Notes under the pieces: model-generated | Database searches by the model: none | The model's input: the letters and a program-made list of their open reading frames with translations, nothing else | What the model was told of the DNA's origin: nothing | Made by a program: the position numbers and the translations under genes | In this document: in pieces, positions 55,854-64,000 of the stretch | Layout: the number at the start of each line of letters is the position of its first letter | Numbering within the stretch: position 1 is the stretch's first letter | Source: Octopus sinensis | Taxonomy: Eukaryota | DNA length: 64,000 bases | Assembly (NCBI RefSeq): GCF_006345805.1 | Contig: NC_043023.1 | Location: 8,370,001 to 8,434,000, forward strand | Direction: 5' to 3'

Positions 55854-56020
55854 TGACCTCAGAAACAATACAGACATGATGTGTGGATGTCAACTTCCAG
55901 CTATGTCAAATTATATAAAGAGTACATACAAGAGAACTGTGACAATTCTGGGCAAGTGTCACACAAATTTAGGCTCTAAAGATAAATTAATATCTATAAT
56001 GGAATATTCACAATGTAAAG
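55854..56020 (+). CDS. Last LRR plus LRR C-terminal cap (LRRCT) exon (167 nt, phase 2-1)
   Basis: attacag|TGACCTCAGA...TGTAAAG|gttagt; DLRNNTDMMCGCQLPAMSNYIKSTYKRTVTILGKCHTNLGSKDKLISIMEYSQCK; the CxC...C...C pattern follows xLxxN; the phase joins exon 7 to the next exon. Confidence 0.85.
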
Positions 56021-56134
56021 GTTAGTAAACTCTTCCTTACTTCTGTTGTTTGTTTTTACTTTTACCAATAACAAAACTTCAGGTCATTCTCTGCTACTCA
56101 AATTATGTTTTGAATCAGGGCCAAAAGATAAAGG

Positions 56135-56720
56135 CACCGGAGTGGCTGTGTGGTAAGTAGCTTGTTTACCAACCACATGGTTCCGGGTTCAGTCCCACTG
56201 CGTGGCACCTTGGGCAAGTGTCTTCTACTATAGCCTCAGGCCAACCAAAGCCTTGTGAGTGGATTTAGTAGATGGAAACTGAAAGAAGCCTGTCGTATAT
56301 ATTATAGGTTTAGGAGTGGCTGTGTGGTAAGTAGCTTGCTTACAAACCACATGGCTCCGGGTTCAGTCCCACTGCGTGGCACTTGGCCAAGTGTCTTCTA
56401 CTATAGCCTCGGGCCGACCAAAGCCTTGTGAGTGGATTTAGTAGACGGAAACTGAAAAGAAGCCCGTCGTATATATATATACGCATGTGTGTGTTTGTGT
56501 GTCTGTGTTTGTCCCCCTAGCATTGCTTGACAACCGATGCTGTTGTGTTTATGTCCCCGTTGCTTTGCGGTTCGGCAAAAGTGACCTATAGATTAAGTAC
56601 TGGGCTTACAAAAAGAATAAGTCCCGGGGTCGAGTTGCTCGATTAAAGGCGGTGCTCCAGCATGGCCGCAGTCAAATGACTGAAACAAGTAAAAAGAGTA
56701 AAAAAAAGAGAGAAAGAGTA
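56135..56720 (+). mobile_element. Two tRNA-derived SINEs in tandem (5' part 56135-56300, full copy 56311-56720)
   Basis: A-box TGGCTGTGTGG, B-box GGTTCAGTCCC, 3' tail GGCGGTGCTCCAGCATGGCCGCAGTC...AAGTAAAAAGAG; decayed relatives near 6000-6190, 13500-13710, 21320-21420. Confidence 0.85.
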
Positions 56721-57103
56721 TATAAAGAACGCTTTACCATCCACACCCTTCACAAATACCACGCCCCCCCACTACACACATGAACCCGCGTGCACACATG
56801 CATACACACATACACACACACACAGCGGCACACGGAGACAAACACTCATATTCTCTCTAAAGCACTCACAGAATCAACTGTACCACACAAACATAGATCC
56901 GCGCACACGGCCACCAAAGTGACTGCATGTATAAAAGCGTGCACACACATATCCAGATACACACATGCACATACCCTCTCTCTCTCCGTCTCCCTTATTG
57001 TTGTCTCTTATCTTTCGTTCTCTCTCTTTCACAATCCCATCGCCATCCATATAACATATATATACATACATATATATATACATACATACATACATACATA
57101 CAT

Positions 57104-57158
<55 letters not shown>

Positions 57159-57159
<1 letters not shown>

Positions 57160-57508
57160 TAATTGTTATCACCATATTAATATGGCAGTCTTATAGATAT
57201 AAGACTAAAAGCTGTAGCTGATTAGCTCCATGAGGCCATCGCCTTAAGATAGCTATTTGACACACAAACTGTGTCCATTATAACCTTCGAATAAGGGAGG
57301 TCAGCCGCTTCACACTGCCAGTCAGACAGCTACAGACGCGTTTCAGGGTATTTGCCCTTTGTCAATGTAGCGTAGTTCGAAGGTTATATTGGACACAGTT
57401 TGTGTGTCAAATAGCTATCTTAAGGCGATGGCCTCATGGAGCTAATCAGCGACAGCTTTTAGTCTTATATCTATAAGACTGCCATATTAATATGGCGATA
57501 ACAATTAA
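57159..57508. mobile_element. Foldback element, 133-bp arms around an 84-bp loop containing a hammerhead motif
   Basis: 57159-57291 is the near-perfect reverse complement of 57376-57508. Confidence 0.9.
57330..57370 (-). ncRNA. Minimal type I hammerhead ribozyme with compensated U3:A8 core
   Basis: - strand ctaca-TTGACAA-aggg(caaata)ccct-GAA-ac(gc)gt-C-tgtag; GUC triplet. Confidence 0.65.
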
Positions 57509-57564
57509 TTTCCAGTAACGCTGCCGTAATCTCTTTTAGAGAGACTTAGTAATTTTAATATTTC

Positions 57565-57643
<79 letters not shown>

Positions 57644-57836
57644 AGTGGAGTTTACCTGCGTTAAAATCCATTTATTTATTTATATATTATGCAAAAAATT
57701 CCACGTAAAGACGAAGTTTCTACCTTTAAAAATAAGGAGTTACAACCACTTTACTTGTGTGATTTTTTGCGACCCTGGTAACTATTTATTATTTTTTTTC
57801 GTGTTAATTGTTAACAAGGCAAAAATATACTCATCT

Positions 57837-57890
<54 letters not shown>

Positions 57891-58056
57891 AAAGTCAAAA
57901 TGCGATAAAATAAAATTAATTATTATCGCCGGTGTTCTAGCACAGGCCATATATTATTCATATATAAGTACATTAAAAGGCGAAGTATGTACTAGATACA
58001 CAGAAGCTTGATAAATTTAGTGAAATGAAAATAAAAACTTTTACTAACTCGGTTCA

Positions 58057-58127
58057 TCTTATACTGCAGTTTCGTCTTTTTCAGCAATAAAAATAATTTA
58101 TTTACTCAGGGTGACTCGTCAGTAAGA
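58057..58127 (-). ncRNA. Canonical type I hammerhead ribozyme, unit 1
   Basis: tctta-CTGACGA-gtc...gac-GAA-actgcagt-A-taaga; full consensus core; GUA triplet. Confidence 0.85.
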
Positions 58128-58454
58128 GCCCTGTTATTCTGAAATCGCACCTCAATAGACGCATGTGCGTCTACTAATTTGCTCTTTCTAACTAATCAGA
58201 TCACTGCGCAGACGCAGAACGTACCCGACAAACTAGGGATTTCTGGTATATAGTCTAACGCTCAAAATTTATCGAGAAATATGTAAACAAAGTTAAAATG
58301 CGATAAAATAAAATTAATTATTATCGCCGGTGTTCTAGCACAGGCCATATATTATTCATATATAAGTACATTAAAAGGCGAAGTATGTACTAGATACACA
58401 GAAGCTTGATAAATTTAGTGAAATGAAAATAAAAACTTTTACTAACTCGGTTCA

Positions 58455-58525
58455 TCTTATACTGCAGTTTCGTCTTTTTCAGCAATAAAAATAATTTATT
58501 TACTCAGGGTGACTCGTCAGTAAGA
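58455..58525 (-). ncRNA. Canonical type I hammerhead ribozyme, unit 2
   Basis: Identical motif 398 nt away. Confidence 0.85.
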
Positions 58526-58691
58526 GCCCTGTTATTCTGAAATCGCACCTCAATAGACGCATGTGCGTCTACTAATTTGCTCTTTCTAACTAATCAGATC
58601 ACTGCGCAGACGCAGAACGTACCCGACAAACTAGGGATTTCTGGTATATAGTCTAACGCTCAAAATTTATCGAGAAATATGTAAACAAAAT

Positions 58692-58800
<109 letters not shown>

Positions 58801-59251
58801 GAGAGAGAGAGAACTCAAAGTCTAGCAGACAAACAGACATATCTAAAACCTAGAAGTAGAGCAAAGCAAGGTGGTTGGATGATATACATAGTCTTAGTTG
58901 GTCGCGCTTGGAAAGTGTTAATGCGGTTTCTTCTGAGAGGACACTGTGAAGGAGCTGCCTGTGACATAACTTAAAAGATATTCCCAGGTTTTAACGGAAG
59001 CTAACTCTATAATAGCGTAATCATAACTTGGAGTAACTTCCCTCTTTGGATAATTGCAGGTCTTTGTGAAAGTGGGATATAGAAGCAACACAGCAATTAG
59101 GTTGCATGATTTTCTTAGTTGAATTTGTGACAAAACTGAAACATTTCCCAAAGAAAATTTTAAAAAAAGACGTGTATAGTTATAATTGATTATTTCCTTT
59201 ATTTATCTAACATACATTGATTCCAACACTATATTATTTTATATTCTGTAG

Positions 59252-59343
59252 GAAAGACGTTATTTCAAAAGAATTTACAGTGTCAAACATGTTCAGGGAT
59301 GACTTGCGATTATTTAGAAATGAGAAGTTGTCCAGGACTACTG
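59252..59343 (+). CDS. Three-finger (Ly6/uPAR-like) domain, N-terminal exon (92 nt, phase 1-0)
   Basis: tctgtag|GAAAGACG...GGACTACTG|gtaaaa; (G)KTLFQKNLQCQTCSGMTCDYLEMRSCPGLL; LxCxxC start typical of LU domains. Confidence 0.8.
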
Positions 59344-59459
59344 GTAAAATGAAATGTTACTTTCCTCCTCTCTATCAAAATATGTCCATAACCGTCAATA
59401 GCAACTCAGTATGACCAGGTAGCTTGAACCATGCTTTTGCTAATTGTTTTCGGTGACTA

Positions 59460-59691
59460 AGGCGGCGAGCTGGCAGACACGTTAGCGCGCCGGGCGAAAT
59501 GCTTAGTGGTATTTCGTCTGTCGCTACGTTCTGATTTCAAATTCCGCCGAGGTCGACTTTGCCTTTCATCCTTTCGGGGTCGATAAATTAAGTACCAGTT
59601 ACGCACTGGGGTCGATGTAATCGACTTAATCCCTTTGTCTCTCCGTGTTTGTCCCCTCTATGCTTAGCCCCTTGTGGGTAGTAAAGAAATA
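59460..59691 (+). mobile_element. tRNA-derived SINE (second family); decayed relatives at about 25915-26100, 29280-29470, 38470-38660
   Basis: GGCGAGCTGGCAGA head, B-box-like TTCAAATTCC, CCTTTCGGGGTCGAT core, AAAGAAATA tail. Confidence 0.85.
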
Positions 59692-60369
59692 TAAGTAGTC
59701 AGAAGGAAAACACCCTTTCGGTCTTCCAATTTCACGACTCAGTTGGGTGCCAAGGATATGAGAATTGAAGGCGAGAGAGAGAGAGGGACGACCAACTCAA
59801 AGCTGATACACATTTACAACAGAGCAGACTGGAATACTATATTAGGAAGTGTCGTGTTTAATTCACAAAGTATCAACCGGTCCGGGAATCGAAACCACAA
59901 GCTTCAGACTTGACTTTTTTCTCTTTGTCTCAGACAAACATCACTTTCAGTTGGGTGTATGAATGTATGTAACCACAAATCAGCTTGGACATAAATCCCT
60001 CTACATAAATGTAGCGACTAGCGTGGCCAGGACCTCTGGACTGCTCGCACTCACGTTCATAGTTGATGGCTAATATATTCTTATCTCGTAAAATGTTGTG
60101 TTTGGGCGATAGGGTTGCATTGTTATACTGGAAATACTTAAATTTCATAGTATAAACGGTTCTTTTGGCCCCTGCTGCACAAAGATCTGAAAGCACAACC
60201 ACCACACAGCGAGGGTGCCGAGTGGCTGTGTATGCTACAACAGAAAAAAAGGACGTCTCGATTTCTCCTGACGTCTGGCTGCTTTTTTAGGGACGTTCTG
60301 ATATTTACTAGGGGTATTTGGAACTGCATTTAGACGCAATACTAACGCAATAATAATGAAGAGGTTACA

Positions 60370-63000
60370 AAAACGTCAAAATCCCACTTAGAAGTTTTCA
60401 ACTGCGCCAGTGTGAACATCGGATAACAAGAGTGGGCTATCCAGATCGTCTGAGAAAGAGTAATGTGCTAGGCCAGAGGATAAGGAGAGTGTAGGATCTT
60501 TTTTTCAAAGAAGTCTACAAAACAGACAAATTATTGATCTACGCGGTCAACTAAAACCAGGTTCAAACGGGAACACAGTTACTGCAGGTTACAAGTGTCT
60601 CGACAAGGAGCAAGAATAATTTTACAGGAACAAGATTAATAAATTCGTTAAGTAGCAACTGATGGAAGTGACCATCAGTTGTTGGTAGTCGGATGTCTTT
60701 AGGAGGCCGATTAAATGAGAATCGAATGCATTTAGCAACGTGTTACTGACAGAAGAAAATAGAGTGAAGAGAAATCTAATGAGCATTAGAAGAGAATTAA
60801 TTGATAGAAGCATCGCGACCGACATGCTAGTGGCGACTTTGACCATTGACAAATGTTTCCTTGTAAAGCAAGAAGACTGTGCTCTCAGAGTAGAAGCTTC
60901 TTCGCTAAAATATGAAGGAACAAAAGCTGTTCGTTCGGCTCGTGTGGAAGATGAGCAACGTGGCAACAAAAATACAATCTGATCTTTTAGAGATCGAAAC
61001 GGCTACATACTGGTCGGTTCCGAACACTATGTGCAGCTTTCCAGCAGCACTTTCCGTGAGTGTTCGGAACAAACCGTAGATCGGAGAAGACAGGTGTACT
61101 TCAGTGTTTACTTCAATGACTACTGACACAGATATGAGTTGCAGGAAAAAAAAGCCGATTGCAGCAGATGAAATACTGGAGGTAACGAGCGCTTGCACAA
61201 GGCACAAACAGCTCGGGTTTCATAGTCTGCCTTCCGAGTGTTACAAATTCATGACAGATTTCTATGATGACCTTTTGAAAGACGTCTACTGCAGTTGGCT
61301 ACTGAACGGGAGAATCCCTAGCAGTATGAGCTGGGGAGTGTTAACGTTGTTGAGAAAAGAGATCATTATGGGAGACGTAACTAACAATTGTTGTCCAATA
61401 ACTCCGCTAAACACAGTATAATAGTTTAGCCAAGGTGTTAGCAAAATGGTTGGTGCTTGCCGTTAGTGATCTGGTCGAGGAAGTGCAAGAGTGTGTTATC
61501 ACGAAAAGGTCCACCTTCGAAACCTGCCAACTCATGCATCATATTGATGGAACAAAACTGGCTTCAAACACGGTCCTCATCAACAGGTTTCGACTGGGTC
61601 TACAATCATTATTTCGAACGTATACTAAAATCTGGTTAGTTCGATCCTGTTTATTTTCACAAGCTGAATCGCTGCAATGTACTGCAACACCTGCACTATG
61701 GTTAAGGCTAACTTCTTAAAAAACATAAATTCAATCAGTTCGACAGGGTTGCTCCCTCTTGCCTCTCTTGTAGGTCCTGGCTGTTGATCCATTACAGGAG
61801 AAGCTAGAATAGTTGAGGGGCATAACTTTCAAACAGCAAAAGCCTTGCCAGCACATGCCAACCACGCCATCATCATGGTATCGGATAACACCGATGGTAA
61901 AGGGTTTGCTATATTTTCAAAGTTTATATGGAAAGATGGCAAGGCTTAAAATCTACTCAGACAAGTTAGAGATCTTGCGAGTTTGTAGCTCGGCTTCTGG
62001 AGAGGTATGTTCATGCCAGGGAAGGGCGTCGTGCTATGCTAGACTTACAGACCGGTTAAGCTACTTGGGGCTTGGACAGCTTTTTACGTCCAGGCGGACA
62101 AAATTTGAGATATAACAATGAGCAGGGTCGCCAGTCTTATCCAAACATGGTCTGAAAAATACTGTGAAATTCTGGCAGACGTGACAAAGTCTCACCTTGC
62201 TTGTGTTATTGTTTAGCCAGACTGTAGTGCCTAGATCCAGTTTCCACGCGATCGGTTTGGAATGTCGTGCAAGGGGCGTGTTCCGTTCATCAGGTGCTCC
62301 ATCTGAAAAAAGAAAAGAGCGAAACTCTACCCTTGATATCTACGATGCCATCAGATGCTCAAACCCCCCAGATATGCGGATAACGAAATCGATAGATGTT
62401 TCTCTCCATAACGTATAGAGTTTTAACGGTGGAGAAAAGTAAATATATTCTCGCTGAATCTCTGGGTGCTGATAGAAATGGACTGCCTAGTCCGTTTCGG
62501 AGGAGTTTCGGATCGAAGTCTTCAATGGGACATTGGCAGAAGCCTTTGCTTTACATGTGCTGCGAACAGATGCTTCAGGTGCGACTTAAACTCTGCAAGT
62601 ACAGAAACATATTAAATGAGGCCGTCTGAGAGGCGCGCAGAGAGATGAAATCGTTCCTCATGCTCAGTGTCTGGGCAAAGCTGATTTGCAGAGTTATGGA
62701 ACAGCTGCCGTCACGTGTGGAACATATCCGGTTTATAGCGAAGTCTATCGCGAGGATTGACTCACTGACCTCTTTCTACCGGGCAGGCAAGGCAGTTTTC
62801 TTCTGTCTGGTAGTATAGTAAAAGAGTTGTGTTGATGGGATCGAAAGGTATGAGAACAGGTATCCTTCCTTTGTGATACTCTCTTCAATTTCTGACATTA
62901 TTTGCGTTTTGAAGATACATAGTATTATGCTAACAAGTTTGTTGGTACCCGGTTATGAGGGCGATTTTCTCTCCAAATTTCATGCGACAAAATTGCATTT
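60370..63000 (+). mobile_element. Old, heavily decayed Tx1/L1 ORF2
   Basis: CPITPLNTV, LAK.L...V.DLV, VRQGCSLLPLL.VLAVDPLQEKL; many stops and frameshifts. Confidence 0.75.
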
Positions 63001-63548
63001 TACTCCGTGCCTATAAAATATACACGTAGAATAGAAACATATATATCCGGTATCAATTTATACATGTCTTTGCTTTTGCATTGCAAGGCTTGAGGAGCCT
63101 ATTAAGACTACCGCTTTCTGTGACGTGTGCCGCTGTCTTTTTTCTGTTATTCATGAGGTTTGCATGCGTGGTTTTTCGTGTGTTTTCTGCACAAAATTTA
63201 AAGTCCATTCCGCTATTCAGCTATGGCTAAAGAATACTGCTTGTATCAGAGTAATTTGTAATATTTTGTGCTTTATTATGGGTGACAGAGCGGTGTGGTA
63301 TTGATATGTACCGTACTTCATTGGACGTATCATAACGGTGGATAGTGCAAACATTTATAACGCATCATGTATAAGTGGAATATGTCAATATATTATACAG
63401 GGGATGATTGAAACTAATCTCCCAACAGCTTTGTTTCAGTTTCATTTGTTGTCTTGAATAATTTTTGAAGTAAAGATTTGACTTTTACATGCTAAAAATC
63501 CTGCGTTGCTATTGTCGACGTTCGTTTGGTAGTATTATATGGCTGTTA

Positions 63549-63775
63549 AGGCAGCGAGCTGGCAGAATCGTTAGCAAGCCGGGCGAAATGCTTTGCGGTA
63601 TTTCGTCCGCCGCTGCGTTCTGAGTTCAAATTCCGCCGACTTTGCCTTTCATCCTTTCGGGGGTCGATTAAATAAGTACCAGTTAAGCACTGGGGTCGAT
63701 ATAATCGACATAATCCGTTTTTCTGTCCTTGTTTGTCCTCTCTGTGTTTAGCCCCTTGAGGGTAATAAAGAAATA
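63549..63775 (+). mobile_element. SINE (same family) with perfect 18-bp target-site duplication
   Basis: AGTATTATATGGCTGTTA at 63531-63548 and 63776-63793. Confidence 0.92.
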
Positions 63776-63808
63776 AGTATTATATGGCTGTTATCTTCAT
63801 TGTTACAG

Positions 63809-63992
63809 CCTCTCTGCCAATATGGGCTATCAGTGGATGGCAGTACATTGAAGTTTCAAAGATCCTGCAGCACATACAACAACTGCCTTGAAGCTTTCAG
63901 AAACAATTCCCTTACATGCAAAAATTGGTCCAATGGCACTGCTTGTGTTGCTTGTTGCAGAGACAACTTATGCAATAAGAATGATTTCCCTG
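63809..63992 (+). CDS. Three-finger (Ly6/uPAR-like) domain, C-terminal exon (184 nt, phase 0-1)
   Basis: ttacag|CCTCTCTGC...TTCCCTG|gtaagt; PLCQYGLSVDGSTLKFQRSCSTYNNCLEAFRNNSLTCKNWSNGTACVACCRDNLCNKNDFP; ends in the CCxxxxCN LU signature. Confidence 0.88.
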
Positions 63993-64000
63993 GTAAGTGT

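Noticed and set aside
56135-56200. tRNA genes
   Set aside because: A/B boxes belong to SINE heads; no cloverleaf
58880-59070. Separate signal-peptide exon for an independent Ly6 gene
   Set aside because: No ATG-initiated hydrophobic frame with a good phase-1 donor; the LRRCT exon already provides a matching phase
59217-59414. ORF-track peptide MIPTLYY...
   Set aside because: Wrong frame; it overlaps the real LU exon 59252-59343

Overview
Eukaryotic, AT-rich, microsatellite- and retroelement-dense window. The SINE/LINE types and repeat content look molluscan, probably cephalopod/octopus; this is inference from repeat style. Most ORF-track entries are microsatellite or transposon noise. Hidden across the window is one spliced + strand gene, invisible to the ORF track, with 10 phase-compatible exons: six 72-nt single-LRR exons (7005, 14428, 22584, 29051, 45271, 47200), a 69-nt LRR exon (49721), an LRR C-terminal cap exon (55854) and two exons encoding a 12-Cys three-finger (Ly6/uPAR-like) domain (59252, 63809). 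The gene starts upstream of the window and continues beyond it. Its LRR array appears to grow and shrink by duplication and deletion of multi-kb exon+intron cassettes, and sister exons differ almost only at amino-acid-changing positions while the adjacent intron is nearly identical. The introns hold Tx1/L1, R4/Dong, CR1, RTE, Penelope, mariner, MITE and SINE remnants. They also hold several hammerhead-ribozyme motifs, including a head-to-tail 398-bp dimer with a canonical hammerhead in each unit (a retrozyme-like, putative circRNA-producing element).
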